64,000 bases of DNA from an uncultured Haloferula sp. (GCA_965652295.1 CBFGTS010000001.1:128001-192000); one strand, 5' to 3'; positions 1 to 10,337 are shown, numbered from the stretch's first letter. The notes: generated by a model not told the origin, from the letters alone. Program-made: numbers and translations.

Positions 1-3000
1 GACCAGCATGGCCGCCTGCGGAAAACCACCGACGCCTCCAATCAGGTCACCGAGTTCTTCCATGACGTCGAGGGGCTGGTGACCTCAGTGGAAATCGACG
101 GAGTCGTCCAGCTCACCAACACCTACGACGTCTTTGGCAACAAGACCAAGGTTCTGGACGTCAGCGCGGGTGAAAGCGAATCCACGTACAACGGATTTGG
201 CGAGGTGCTCACCTCCACCAACGCGCTCAACCAGACCACTACCACCACCTACGACGCTCTCGGCCGGGTCACGAGCGTTGAGAGACCGGAAGGCACCTAC
301 TACCATTACTACCGCCCTAACAGTCCGAACAAAGGCAAACTTGAGACGGTCACCAGCGGGAATGGGTACATCGAGACCTACACCTATGGCGAGGACGATC
401 ACAACCACGGCCTCGTCATCGCCTCCAGCAGCCGTCTCAAAACCGGCGAGCCCATCTATTCCACCGGGACATCCTATAACTGCCTCGGCCTCCCGACGGA
501 GACCCTTGATGCCGGTGGGGCCATCGTCCGCCAGACCTACGATTCGACTTACGGTTCCTTCGCCCTTCGCAGCCATCTGATTTCCTCCTCCTACACCGGG
601 GCTCAGGAAACCTTGCTCAGCGAAGTCGAGAGCGTCGTCACCGATGGGACGCGCATCCTTACCACCGAGCGCCTTGCCCACGACATCATCCGCAAGACCT
701 GGACCAACGCCACCAACGGCTACCTCCGCGAAATCCAGACGACCGGTATCGGGAGGGTCATCCAGCATCACACTTACGACTGGGACGATCATGGCAACCT
801 GACCCAGCGGAAGGACGAGCTTCTCAACAAGACCGAGACCTTCACCTACGATTCGCTTGATCGTCTCACCGGCTCCACCCTGATCGTCGGGACCAACGCC
901 CCGGTGACCCGCACCTATGGCTATGATGACGAGGGCAACCTGATCCGAAAGGGCGACGAAACCACCGCCTCCACCGGCAACACCCATACCTACACCGGCT
1001 ACCAGGCGATGACGGCCACCCTCAAGGGGCGTCTCCGCACCCAAGTTTACGACGCCGCCGGCCGCGTCACCTCCATGACCTACTCTGGCACGACGGTGCG
1101 CGGAACCAGCCTCCAGTGGACATCCTTCAATCAGCTCAAACGGGCTGAGAAGACCTCCGCCCCCGCCCTCGTCACCTTCGGGCAGACCACTGATCTGGCT
1201 TCCCAGATCCCGGGCATCGCCCCTTGGACCAAGTTCAACGTGTCCACTACCGTCGCCGAGTTCGATTTCGACGCCAGCGGCAACCGCGCCAGGCAGACCC
1301 TCACCCGCACCTTTGCCAGCAACCAGACGGCCTCCGTTACGACCCGCTACCTCGGTTCCTACGAGCACGAGCTGCACGACACCACGAACCCCACTCTCAT
1401 CGGCCGCGGGGTCGATGCCAACATCCACCGCCACCGGCTCGGTTCCGCGCTCCTGACCCACGAGAATCGCACCGCCGCTCCCAGCGGACCGCTCACCGTC
1501 ACACGCCTCGCCGTCGTCCTCACCGATCACATCGGCAGCACCGACTGCATCATCCAGGCCGATTGGAACAGCGCGACCGGGTCGTGGAAAGCGGCCGCCA
1601 CCGAGCCTGACGCCGAGCGCCAGTCCTTCGACGCCTGGGGCGAGCGCCGCAACGGCTCTTCCTGGGCCGATCTCAAGACCTCGTGGCTCGGCTCCCAGTA
1701 TACCAGCGCCGTCAACGAGAACCGCGGCTTCACCGGCCACGAGATGCTCGATGACTTCGGCTTGGTCCACATGAACGGCCGGATCTACGACCCCGAACTC
1801 GGCCGCTTCCTCAGTCCGGATCCCTACGTCCAGATGCCCGAATTCAGCCAGAACTTCAATCGCTACAGCTATGTGTTGAACAACCCGTTGAGTCACACGG
1901 ACAGCACGGGGCATTTCATTGATTGGATTGTGGCGGGAATCTACGCTGCTGTATCAGCGGTGGCTTCCGCGACAAGTGCTGGGATAGCCGTGGGAGCAGC
2001 AGTTGGAGGGGCGATCGCCGGAACCGCAGGGGCGGTGATTGGAGGCCTGATTGGAGGAGCGATTGGTCTTGTGGCCGGAGTGCTGGTGCCAGCAGCCTTC
2101 ATGCAGGGGGCAGGCGGGCTTGCTGTTGCGGGAAATCTGCTTCTTTCGGCTTACAATATAGGTTCGCAGATCAGTGCTGGCGCGAGCTGGGGAGACATTC
2201 TCCGGGGAGTCGGAGTGAGCTTCGTTGCAGCGGCGATTACTGTTGGTCTTTCCACTGGCGGCTGCTTTGACAGCTATCTGTTTCGTGCCGCAGGCCACGG
2301 GCTGATTCAGGGCTCGGCGAACGAGGCGATGGGAGGCAGGTTTCAAGACGGATTTATCGGCGCAGCAGCCGGCTCTCTTCTACCAGCTCTTCAGGTGTTT
2401 CCTGGTCCGGTCGGAGGTGCAATAAATCGTGGGCTCATTGGTGGTACGGCTTCGGTGATCGGGGGAGGGAAGTTCGCCAACGGGGCACTCGGTGCTGTGG
2501 CAGCCTACCTCTTTGATCGAGGAACATTGGGAGCTGACGAAGAAAATCAGAATGAGGTTCAGGGCCGTTGGATACACCCTTTCGGCGATGCATCCAGATC
2601 GAAAGGCGTCTCTCTCCATGGCATCCTCGGCGACCAACCGGACGCAGATTACCAAGAGATTGCTGATAGGGCCGGTCGCTCGATCTTCCACATTTACTCG
2701 GAGGGCGGGCTTTCAGGAGGGGTTCAAGATGTTCTTGAGGTGGCAGTGAACCGTGGAACGCTTGGTTTTGGCTCTAAAGTAACGACCCAGTTTCTGCGTG
2801 GATATGAGGCTCTGCCTGCGGCAGCGCGACTTGATATTCAGGCGCACAGTCAAGGAACAACGCCTGTTACGTATGCAATGCTACGCAAGCCCTGGCTCTT
2901 CCAAGGGGCGCATTTTACTGCTCGAAGTCCGGCTGTTTATCGCGCTGAGATTGCGCTGGCAGCGGCACGAGCCGGGGCGACTTATCAATATATAATGCCA

Positions 3001-3123
3001 TCGAATGATATCGCACGTCTTTATGCGACCTTGAATCCTATCGGTCACGTGCGATTCTTGATGAATCCTGTTGCTGGGATAAACAATCACCTTGAAGAGG
3101 GGCGGAAGCTCCCAGGGTTCTGA
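1..3123 (+). CDS. Rhs/YD-repeat polymorphic toxin, 5'-partial; Gly/Ala-rich linker and alpha/beta-hydrolase-like C-terminal tip
   Basis: Frame is open from base 1. YD repeats (YDALGRVTS, YDSLDRLT); Rhs core end GFTGHEMLDD..HMNGRIYDPELGRFLSPDP..NRYSYVLNNPLSHTDSTGH; tip has AHSQG nucleophile-elbow motif; codon usage becomes less GC3-rich after ~1860. Confidence 0.9.
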   Translation, partial: DQHGRLRKTTDASNQVTEFFHDVEGLVTSVEIDGVVQLTNTYDVFGNKTKVLDVSAGESESTYNGFGEVLTSTNALNQTTTTTYDALGRVTSVERPEGTYYHYYRPNSPNKGKLETVTSGNGYIETYTYGEDDHNHGLVIASSSRLKTGEPIYSTGTSYNCLGLPTETLDAGGAIVRQTYDSTYGSFALRSHLISSSYTGAQETLLSEVESVVTDGTRILTTERLAHDIIRKTWTNATNGYLREIQTTGIGRVIQHHTYDWDDHGNLTQRKDELLNKTETFTYDSLDRLTGSTLIVGTNAPVTRTYGYDDEGNLIRKGDETTASTGNTHTYTGYQAMTATLKGRLRTQVYDAAGRVTSMTYSGTTVRGTSLQWTSFNQLKRAEKTSAPALVTFGQTTDLASQIPGIAPWTKFNVSTTVAEFDFDASGNRARQTLTRTFASNQTASVTTRYLGSYEHELHDTTNPTLIGRGVDANIHRHRLGSALLTHENRTAAPSGPLTVTRLAVVLTDHIGSTDCIIQADWNSATGSWKAAATEPDAERQSFDAWGERRNGSSWADLKTSWLGSQYTSAVNENRGFTGHEMLDDFGLVHMNGRIYDPELGRFLSPDPYVQMPEFSQNFNRYSYVLNNPLSHTDSTGHFIDWIVAGIYAAVSAVASATSAGIAVGAAVGGAIAGTAGAVIGGLIGGAIGLVAGVLVPAAFMQGAGGLAVAGNLLLSAYNIGSQISAGASWGDILRGVGVSFVAAAITVGLSTGGCFDSYLFRAAGHGLIQGSANEAMGGRFQDGFIGAAAGSLLPALQVFPGPVGGAINRGLIGGTASVIGGGKFANGALGAVAAYLFDRGTLGADEENQNEVQGRWIHPFGDASRSKGVSLHGILGDQPDADYQEIADRAGRSIFHIYSEGGLSGGVQDVLEVAVNRGTLGFGSKVTTQFLRGYEALPAAARLDIQAHSQGTTPVTYAMLRKPWLFQGAHFTARSPAVYRAEIALAAARAGATYQYIMPSNDIARLYATLNPIGHVRFLMNPVAGINNHLEEGRKLPGF

Positions 3124-3138
3124 AAACAACAGGGAAAT

Positions 3139-3160
3139 CAATAGAGAAGCAATAGAGAAG
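3139..3160. repeat. 11-bp tandem duplication CAATAGAGAAG x2
   Basis: Seen directly at 3139-3149 and 3150-3160, between the Rhs stop and the RAYT fragment. Confidence 0.8.
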
Positions 3161-3178
3161 AGGACACACCACAAGTAG

Positions 3179-3853
3179 ATCCTGCTGCAGCGGTTTTTCT
3201 CGTGGTTCAACCGGACGCATCAGCGCACGGGGCGGCTATGGGAGCAGCGCTTCAAAAGCGTGTTGGTGGAAAGCGGGTTCGCGGCGCAGACGGTGGCGGC
3301 GTACATCGATCTGAATCCGGTGCGGGCGGGCATCTGCGAGGACCCGGTGGACTACCGCTGGAGCAGCTACGCGGAGGCTGCGGCTGGAGGAAAGAAGGCC
3401 CGCGCGGGATTGGCGCGGGTGATGCAGTATTTGAGCGGCAATGACGGTGAACCCATAGGCTTCGAGGCGCTGGTGCGAGCTTGGGCGCAGGGCGGGCAGG
3501 GGAAACGCTACCGACGGGTCTTGCTCGGGAAATCCGTGGCCGTGTCAGACGACGAAGGTCGGGTGACGAGGAAAGGGGTGGAGCCGGAGAAGGCGCGGTC
3601 GGAGATCGAGCGACTGGAAACCGCGGATGGATCGAGGGACTTACGGATTTCGCAGGTGATCCGCCACCGGGTGAGATATTTCACGGACGGAGCGGTGATC
3701 GGTGGACGGTCGTTTGTGGACGAGGTGTTCGCAGGCTCGCGGGAGTATTTCAGCGACAAGCGAAGGAGCGGTGCCAGAAAGCCGCGCGGGGCGTTGGGAG
3801 CGCTGGCGGGGGAGGTGTGGAGCGCGCGGGATCTGCGGGTGGGCGTCGGGTAG
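3179..3853 (+). pseudogene. 5'-truncated REP-associated tyrosine transposase (RAYT, Y1_Tnp family)
   Basis: After an in-frame TAG (3176-3178) it reads ILLQRFFSWFNRTHQRTGRLWEQRFKSVLVE..AAYIDLNPVRAGICEDPVDYRWSSY, typical of the RAYT C-terminal half. The N-terminal HUH part is missing. Confidence 0.8.
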
Positions 3854-3907
3854 TCCGACCTCCCGTCGAGGGCTTTTGCGGAGCGGCCCGCGGGATAGGC
3901 ACCCTTG

Positions 3908-4411
3908 TTAGAACAACCCGAAGAACCACTTCTTCTTCGGCTTGCGCTTGTATTCGCCGTCGCCGACGGACAGGACCTCGACTTCCACGGTGGCGAGGCC
4001 TTGGTCGTAGAAACCGATTTTGCGGGCGGCGCGTGGAGAGAGGTCGATGATGCGATCGCCGATGAAAGGTCCGCGGTCGTTGACGCGGCATTTGACGGAC
4101 TTGCCGGTTTCCAGGTTGGTGACCTTGACGACGCAGGGCAGGGGAAGCGTCTTGTGGGCGGCGATGTTATGCCATGGCATGACTTTTTCGCCGAGCGAGG
4201 TGGTGCCGCGTTTCAGGCCGAACCATTTCGACTCATTGTACCACGAGGCGGTGCCGACCTCGCCATGGTGGAGGGCGGTTTCGACGTCCATCGGATGATA
4301 AGTTTGTCCGCGAACGGTGTAGGAGCGGGTCATGTAACCCTGGTAATTCCCGTCGGGATGGGCGCAGGAAGCGAGGAGGACGCCGCAAAGGAGAGCAAGA
4401 AACCAACGCAT
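3908..4411 (-). CDS. rlpA: Septal ring lytic transglycosylase RlpA family lipoprotein
   Basis: Lipobox LASC; GTASWY, AAHKTLPLP, VNDRGPF..RIIDLS motifs. Confidence 0.9.
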   Translation of the reverse strand: MRWFLALLCGVLLASCAHPDGNYQGYMTRSYTVRGQTYHPMDVETALHHGEVGTASWYNESKWFGLKRGTTSLGEKVMPWHNIAAHKTLPLPCVVKVTNLETGKSVKCRVNDRGPFIGDRIIDLSPRAARKIGFYDQGLATVEVEVLSVGDGEYKRKPKKKWFFGLF

Positions 4412-4485
4412 GAGGAGGATTTTATTTAAGAAATCCTAAGAAGCAAGATCGGGCTCCCGAGGCCTCGGAGGTGTTCCTTGGACGC

Positions 4486-4514
4486 AAAAAACCCGAAGCT
4501 GGCTGGCTTCGGGT
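4486..4514 (-). terminator. Intrinsic terminator of the HU/IHF gene
   Basis: Stem ACCCGAAGC/GCTTCGGGT with an adjacent A-run (U-tract on the minus strand). Confidence 0.7.
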
Positions 4515-4553
4515 CCGGGGGAAAGGGGGGCCGTCACGTCGAGGAGGCACTCC

Positions 4554-4874
4554 TCAGGCACCTTCGCGCTCGCGGATCAGGGGTAGAGTCGCGGCGACCT
4601 GTTCTTTCATCTCCTTGCCGGGCTTGAACTTGACGATGGCCCGCGCGGGGATCGGCACGTCCTTGGTGGGGTCCTTGGGATTACGGCCGATCTTGGCCTT
4701 GGTTTCCTTCACTTGAAAGGCACCGAAGTTCCGCATGACCACCGAGTCACCATGCGCGAGGGCAGTGGTAATCGAATCCAGCGTCCGTTGGATGACATCA
4801 AAGACCTGCTGCTGGGTAAGGCCGGTTTCGTTGCTGATCTTGATGACGAGCTCTCGCTTGGTGACGGTGGCCAT
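4554..4874 (-). CDS. HU/IHF family nucleoid-associated protein
   Basis: TKRELV..RNFGAF..GRNPKDP..IPARAIVKFKPGKEMKE signature. Confidence 0.92.
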   Translation of the reverse strand: MATVTKRELVIKISNETGLTQQQVFDVIQRTLDSITTALAHGDSVVMRNFGAFQVKETKAKIGRNPKDPTKDVPIPARAIVKFKPGKEMKEQVAATLPLIREREGA

Positions 4875-4960
4875 GGATTTGTTTGGAAGGTAACGGGTTG
4901 AGTGCGCGGGGATTGGACACCACAGGTGGGGTCGTTTGTCCCGTCAAAAAACCAAGAATT

Positions 4961-5902
4961 TCATGCGGATTCCGTGCCAGAACCATCAATCTTTCCCAAG
5001 ATTTGCATACGGGTGCGGAAATGCATCTTCGCCACCCGCCCGAGTGATGCGGCTCCGTGGCGTTCCACCATCTGTTTTCCGGCCTCGATGACGGCGGCGG
5101 ATGCGCCGAGGGGCAGCGGGATGCCGCCGGCCTCGGAGGTTTTATCCATCCAGTCGATGAACCGCTCGCGGGCGAGGATGGAGGCGGCGGCGACGGCGGG
5201 GTCGGATTCGGCTTTGGTGCGTTGGTCGAGGGTGATGGCGATCTTCTGTCCCTTGAGCGCGCGTTCGAGCACTTCGGGGCGGGCGAACTGGTCGGAAAGG
5301 GCGCGGGGGCAGTCGGGTCTTTTCTCGTGGAGCAGGGCGATGGTCCGGGCGTGGCCCCAGGCGAGGAGGCGGTTGATGGAGCCGAGCTTGGTGTGGAGTT
5401 CGTTGTATTTCTCCGGGCCGATGGCGACGATGGCGGTCTGGATGCCGGGGATTCCGCGGATGATGGCGGCGAGCTTGCGGATGCGGGCGGCGCTGGCGAT
5501 GCGCTTGGAGTCCATGATGCCGGCGGCGGCGAGGGCGCGGGCGATGGAGTCGTCGGTATAAACGCCGGCGATCACGAGGGGGCCGAAAAAATCGCCCTTG
5601 CCGCTTTCATCGATGCCGAAATGGGGCTCGAAGCGGTCGGGATGGAGGACGTCGTCGTAGCCGAGCCGGGCCTCGCCGAGGATCTCGGGTTCGAGGAGGA
5701 AACGGACGAAGTCCTCGGTGTCCTTGCCCTGAACGAGGATCTTCGGGCCCTTTTCGTAGACCGCGACGTTCAGCTTGCCCTTTTTCGCGGCATAGAGGGT
5801 GTAGGGTTTTTCGACGAACTCGAAACCCCGCTCTTCGAGCAGAGGGCGGAGTTTTTCAGCCTGCGCGGTGGTGAGGGGCGCGGTGTGGGAAGTGACGGGC
5901 AC
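4961..5902 (-). CDS. rnhC: Ribonuclease HIII
   Basis: N-terminal TBP-like domain (VAVYEKGPKILVQGK) plus GIDESGKGDFFGP, DSK, SDQF, AVAAASILARERF. Confidence 0.9.
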   Translation of the reverse strand: MPVTSHTAPLTTAQAEKLRPLLEERGFEFVEKPYTLYAAKKGKLNVAVYEKGPKILVQGKDTEDFVRFLLEPEILGEARLGYDDVLHPDRFEPHFGIDESGKGDFFGPLVIAGVYTDDSIARALAAAGIMDSKRIASAARIRKLAAIIRGIPGIQTAIVAIGPEKYNELHTKLGSINRLLAWGHARTIALLHEKRPDCPRALSDQFARPEVLERALKGQKIAITLDQRTKAESDPAVAAASILARERFIDWMDKTSEAGGIPLPLGASAAVIEAGKQMVERHGAASLGRVAKMHFRTRMQILGKIDGSGTESA

Positions 5903-5950
5903 GGGGAAGTTTCCTGTTTCAAGAGGGAAGTTTCAAGGCAGGGTGCGGGC

Positions 5951-6964
5951 GTGCTGAAGCCGAGGTGTTTGAAGGGCGTGACGGAGGATCCGGAGGGGTT
6001 CCGGAGGGCGGTGGTGGTGTGGTTTGAAAGGGAAGGGCGGGACTACCCGTGGCGGCGCACGCGGGACCCCTACGCGGTGCTGGTGAGCGAGGTGATGCTG
6101 CAGCAGACGCAGATCGCGACGGTGCTGGGGCGCGGGTTCTACTCGCGGTTCATGGAACGGTTTCCGGACGTGGAGAGCCTGGCGGCGGCGGGCGATGACG
6201 AGCTGCTGAAGGCCTGGGAAGGACTCGGGTATTACCGCCGGGCGCGTTTTTTGCGGGAGGCGGCGCGGGCGGTGATGGCGCGGCACGGAGGGAATTTTCC
6301 AGCGGATGCGGAGGAAATCCGGGCGCTTCCGGGGGTCGGGCGCTACACGGCGGGGGCGCTGCTCTCGTTTGCCTTCGAGCGGCCGGCGGCGATCGTCGAC
6401 GGCAACGTGGCGCGGGTGCTTTCACGGCTGATGGACTTCCATGAAGCGGTGGATGGTGCGGGGCTGAAGCGGCTGTGGTCGTGGGCGGAGGGGCTGGTCG
6501 ATCCGGTGCATCCGCGGGCTTTCAATTCGGGGTTGATGGAGCTGGGCCAGACCTGCTGCCGGCCGGGCGTGCCGGATTGCCTGGCGTGCCCGGTGGCGGA
6601 ATGGTGCGCGACGCGCGAGCCGGAGCGGCTACCGGTGAAGGGGAAGAAGGTCGCGGTGACGGAGGTGGTCGAGCATGTGGTGCTCGCGCGGAAGGGTGGC
6701 CGGCTCTTGCTGAGGAAACTGGAGGAGGGCCGTCGCGTGGGAATGTGGCGGCTGCCCGAAAGAGAAGCTGCCATCGGCTGGCCGGAGCTCGGACGGTGGA
6801 AATACGGCATCACCCGCTATCGGGTGACGATGGTGGTCCACGAGGCCCCGGCGGGGCTGAAACCGGAGCCCGGCGAGGTCTGGCAGACAGCCGGGGCATT
6901 GGAGCGGTTGGTAATGCCGCCCGTGGATCGGAAGGCGCTGGCGAAGCTGGGCGAGGTTGACTGA
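5951..6964 (+). CDS. mutY: A/G-specific adenine glycosylase MutY (start approximate)
   Basis: PWRRTRDPYAVLVSEVMLQQTQ, WEGLGYYRRAR, LPGVGRYTAGA, VDGNVARVLSR, Fe-S motif CxxxxxxCxxCPxxxxC. Confidence 0.92.
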   Translation: MLKPRCLKGVTEDPEGFRRAVVVWFEREGRDYPWRRTRDPYAVLVSEVMLQQTQIATVLGRGFYSRFMERFPDVESLAAAGDDELLKAWEGLGYYRRARFLREAARAVMARHGGNFPADAEEIRALPGVGRYTAGALLSFAFERPAAIVDGNVARVLSRLMDFHEAVDGAGLKRLWSWAEGLVDPVHPRAFNSGLMELGQTCCRPGVPDCLACPVAEWCATREPERLPVKGKKVAVTEVVEHVVLARKGGRLLLRKLEEGRRVGMWRLPEREAAIGWPELGRWKYGITRYRVTMVVHEAPAGLKPEPGEVWQTAGALERLVMPPVDRKALAKLGEVD

Positions 6965-7025
6965 TTTTTGTTTCGCGGAAAAATCTAGTGAGCGAGCGGC
7001 CCGGCTCTGAGTATGTTGCAGCCCG

Positions 7026-7799
7026 ATGAGCTTGAGGAGTGGATGGATTACGGCTGCCTTGGCGGCGGTTTTGGTAGCGTCTTGCGCACCGGAGCCGCCT
7101 CCGCCCGTGAGCGGCCCCCCGCCGGGGCGTGAGGTGTATGCGATGGCGGCCCGCCGTTTCGCCGCCGTGGTCGTTTCCTCGCGGGAGGACATCAACCCGT
7201 GGCTCGGCAACAAGCTCGACCGCGGCAGCCCGGCGGATGCCGATGGTGGATCGGCCGCACCGATCGCGCCGGATGGCTATTTCCTGACCGCAGATCACGT
7301 GCTGGCGCATGCGGACGGGCGGAATGTGTTCGTGATCCAGCGGCGCTCGGGGCGTTTGAGCGGTCACCGCGCGCGGGTCGTGTGGCGCTCACCGGATGGC
7401 GATGTGGCCTTGCTCCACGCTGAATTGGAAACACCGGAGTATTATGAGTGGACGCGGCCGGACGCCTGGCTGCCGCGCGGCACGCCGGTGATGCACGCCG
7501 GCGTGGCGACCGGATTTTCCGAGGGCTCAGGGAAGCTCATCTCCGCGATCCCGCCCGACAACCTGGTGGGCAAAAACCGGCGCTTCAAACACGACATTCC
7601 ACTCCAGCCGGGCGATAGCGGGGGTCCGGTCGTCGATGCCGCCGGGCGGCTGGTGGGCATCAACTCGGCGGTGGAGTATTTGATTCCTCTGGAAACGGCA
7701 TTCTTCATTGAATCCGAGGCAAACCGTCCGAATGTGCGGCGGGTGATGGCGCGTATTGTCGATGATCGCCGCGCCCGCGGAATTCCCCTCCGTCCATGA
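7026..7799 (+). CDS. S1 (trypsin-like) serine protease lipoprotein
   Basis: Lipobox VASC; catalytic triad motifs FLTADHV, DVALL, GDSGGP. Confidence 0.85.
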   Translation: MSLRSGWITAALAAVLVASCAPEPPPPVSGPPPGREVYAMAARRFAAVVVSSREDINPWLGNKLDRGSPADADGGSAAPIAPDGYFLTADHVLAHADGRNVFVIQRRSGRLSGHRARVVWRSPDGDVALLHAELETPEYYEWTRPDAWLPRGTPVMHAGVATGFSEGSGKLISAIPPDNLVGKNRRFKHDIPLQPGDSGGPVVDAAGRLVGINSAVEYLIPLETAFFIESEANRPNVRRVMARIVDDRRARGIPLRP

Positions 7800-8227
7800 T
7801 CCGCCTGTTGTCCATTTTCTCCATCCTTTCCCTGCTCTCCTCGTGCGCCGGCTCGATGAATGGTGCCGAACGCCGCGCGCAGGACCGCATCATGCTGGTC
7901 CGGAGTTCTCCCCAGACCCTGGGTGCCCGCCGACTGACGGAACAGGCTGCCTTTCATCAAGATCTGGCCGCTTTCATTCGCAAGCGCGGCGAACCCGATT
8001 TCATCGCGGAGACTTCGAGCGAGGATCGTCAATATCTGATCCTCTACTATCTCGGTGAAAGCAAGGCGTGGGCCTGCCGGAGCTGGCGCGGGCAGGGAAA
8101 TGCGATCGAGTTCGCAGGCCCCTATGCGATCACCACCAAGGAGACCGAGATTCTTGCCGCGCTGAAACGCAACTCGATCCAGTCGACCCGCTCCGGGATT
8201 GCCTCCGGGCCGTTGCTGACACCATGA
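7796..8227 (+). CDS. Hypothetical lipoprotein
   Basis: Lipobox LSSC; ATGA overlap with the protease gene. Confidence 0.7.
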   Translation: MIRLLSIFSILSLLSSCAGSMNGAERRAQDRIMLVRSSPQTLGARRLTEQAAFHQDLAAFIRKRGEPDFIAETSSEDRQYLILYYLGESKAWACRSWRGQGNAIEFAGPYAITTKETEILAALKRNSIQSTRSGIASGPLLTP

Positions 8228-8273
8228 CACAAATCGGCCTAAGGGCCGGGGAAGCCATTCGTTTCGGTGGCGT

Positions 8274-10337
8274 ATGTCAAACCCGTCTTCCCTGTTAGCT
8301 CTTGCCTTGGTCGCGCCGCTCGCGGCCCAGGACATGTTGGATCCGCTGGTCCTCACCGCCACCCGCTCGGCCAGCGCGGAAGCGGATCTTCCTTACACCG
8401 TCCGGACTCTCGACGAGGAGGACCTGCGGGATGCCACGCGCCGGACCCTGCCGGAGGCACTTGAGTTCACGCCCGGTGTGTTGGTGCAAAAAACGGCCTA
8501 CGGCCATGGTTCGCCTTTCATCCGTGGCTTCACCGGGCGTCAGAACTTGCTGTTGGTCGATGGCGTCCGCCTCAACAACTCGAGCTGGCGAAGCGGCCCG
8601 GTGCAGTACTGGAACACCATTGATGCTTACGCCATCGATCACCTCGAACTGGTCCTTAGCCAGGGATCGGTGCTCTACGGCTCCGATGCCATCGGCGGCA
8701 CGCTCAACGCCTTCACCAAGTCCTCCGATTTCCGCAGTCAGCCGGAGGGCCAGGCGTTCACCCACGGCATGGGATACTACGAATATCGTAGCAACGGCGA
8801 GGGCTCCCACGTCGGCCGGGTGGAGAGCTCGTTCGGCGTGGGCGGGAAATACGGCGTTTTCCTCGGGCTCACCGGCAAGGATTTCGGCGACATCGAGGAC
8901 TCCGCCGTCGGCCGCATGCGCAATACCGGCTACCCGGAGCAGGACCTCGATTTCCGCTTCGACCTCGCGCTTTCCGCCGGCACCACGCTGACCCTGGCCC
9001 ACCAGTATGTGAACCAGAACGACATCTGGCGTTGGCACCGGACCGTCTACAATCCCGGCTGGATCCACGGCAGCCACGTCGCCGCCCCGGGCACCTTCCT
9101 TTCCAATATCTACGATCAGGAACGCTCGCTGACCTACCTCAAGGTCGAGGGGGTGAACGATGACGACACCGCCTTCTTCCAGCGCTGGTCCGCCACCCTG
9201 AGCTGGCAGAAATCCCAGGACTCCGAGGTGCAGCAGCGGACGCTGGCGGATCGGCGCAGCGCCGGCATCGACCTCAACACGTACGGGCTGGACGTTTCCT
9301 TCGAATCCCGCCTCGGGCCCGGCTCGCTGGTTTATGGGTTCGATTACTATGTCGATCAGGCCGATGCCTTTGCTTATCGGAACGGAACCTTCCGTCCGAC
9401 GGACCGGCCGGTGGCGGACGATTCCAGCTACCATCTTTTCGGAGCCTTCGCGCAGTATGCGTGGACGCCGACCGAGCCTTTGACGATCACCGGGGGTCTG
9501 CGTTACACCTATGCGGAAGCCGAGTGGGACGCCTACCGCGCCGCGGGCAGCGCCACCGATCAGGGCGGTCGCGGCGACTGGGATGACCTTTCCGCCAGCG
9601 TCCGTGCCATCTACCGGGCCAACGATTGTTGGTCGGTTTATGGCGGGTTTGCCCAAGCCTTCCGCGCACCAAACCTGAACGATCTGACGGGCACGACTCT
9701 CGCGCTGGCGGGCCTCACTTCCTACGGATCGCCGGACCTCGATCCGGAGAAATACCTCACCGCCGAACTGGGCACCCGCTACGAGCACGGCAATTTCAGC
9801 GGCTCGCTCGCCGGTTTCTACACTTGGACGCGGGATGCGATCACCGGGGTGATCGTGGGTGGGAACAGCGTCGCGACCAACGGCGAGGATGGTTACATCT
9901 ATGGCTTTGAGGCCGAGAGCGCATGGCGCTTCACCGACCAGTGGACGCTGGGGGCGACCGCCTCGTGGAACGAAGGCAAGACCGATACTGCCGCCAACGG
10001 GGAGCGCTGGATCACCCGCTTGCTGCCATTTTCCGGCTCGCTGCAGCTGCGCTGGACGCGTCCCGACGACCGCTTGTGGGTCGAGGGGCGCGTCCTCGGC
10101 GCCGTCGGCGAGGACCGCATCCACCCCACCAACCAAGCCTCGGACAACCAGCGGATCCCGACCGGCGGCACGCCCGGATACGTCGTGGCGATGGTTCACG
10201 CCGGCTACCGCGCGACCGATCATCTGGAGCTGACCTGCGGCGTGGAGAACATTTTCGACGAGGACTACCGCAACCACGGCTCCGGTCAAAACCAGGCCGG
10301 CCTCAACGGTATTCTCGGGGCCCGGGTGAGCTGGTAG
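8274..10337 (+). CDS. TonB-dependent receptor
   Basis: Signal peptide; TonB box LVLTATR; plug motif IRGFTGRQNLLLVDGVRLN..SVLYGSDAIGG; FRAPNL; C-terminal ENIFDEDY..RVSW. Confidence 0.92.
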   Translation: MSNPSSLLALALVAPLAAQDMLDPLVLTATRSASAEADLPYTVRTLDEEDLRDATRRTLPEALEFTPGVLVQKTAYGHGSPFIRGFTGRQNLLLVDGVRLNNSSWRSGPVQYWNTIDAYAIDHLELVLSQGSVLYGSDAIGGTLNAFTKSSDFRSQPEGQAFTHGMGYYEYRSNGEGSHVGRVESSFGVGGKYGVFLGLTGKDFGDIEDSAVGRMRNTGYPEQDLDFRFDLALSAGTTLTLAHQYVNQNDIWRWHRTVYNPGWIHGSHVAAPGTFLSNIYDQERSLTYLKVEGVNDDDTAFFQRWSATLSWQKSQDSEVQQRTLADRRSAGIDLNTYGLDVSFESRLGPGSLVYGFDYYVDQADAFAYRNGTFRPTDRPVADDSSYHLFGAFAQYAWTPTEPLTITGGLRYTYAEAEWDAYRAAGSATDQGGRGDWDDLSASVRAIYRANDCWSVYGGFAQAFRAPNLNDLTGTTLALAGLTSYGSPDLDPEKYLTAELGTRYEHGNFSGSLAGFYTWTRDAITGVIVGGNSVATNGEDGYIYGFEAESAWRFTDQWTLGATASWNEGKTDTAANGERWITRLLPFSGSLQLRWTRPDDRLWVEGRVLGAVGEDRIHPTNQASDNQRIPTGGTPGYVVAMVHAGYRATDHLELTCGVENIFDEDYRNHGSGQNQAGLNGILGARVSW

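Noticed and set aside
2881..3210. Minus-strand 109-aa ORF as a possible Rhs immunity gene
   Set aside because: It is mostly antisense to the toxin tip and starts inside the RAYT fragment. Its hydrophobic stretch is explained by the A/G-rich spacer.
5057..5950. Apparent long N-terminal extension of MutY in the ORF track
   Set aside because: It overlaps rnhC on the opposite strand. MutY similarity begins only after ~5950.
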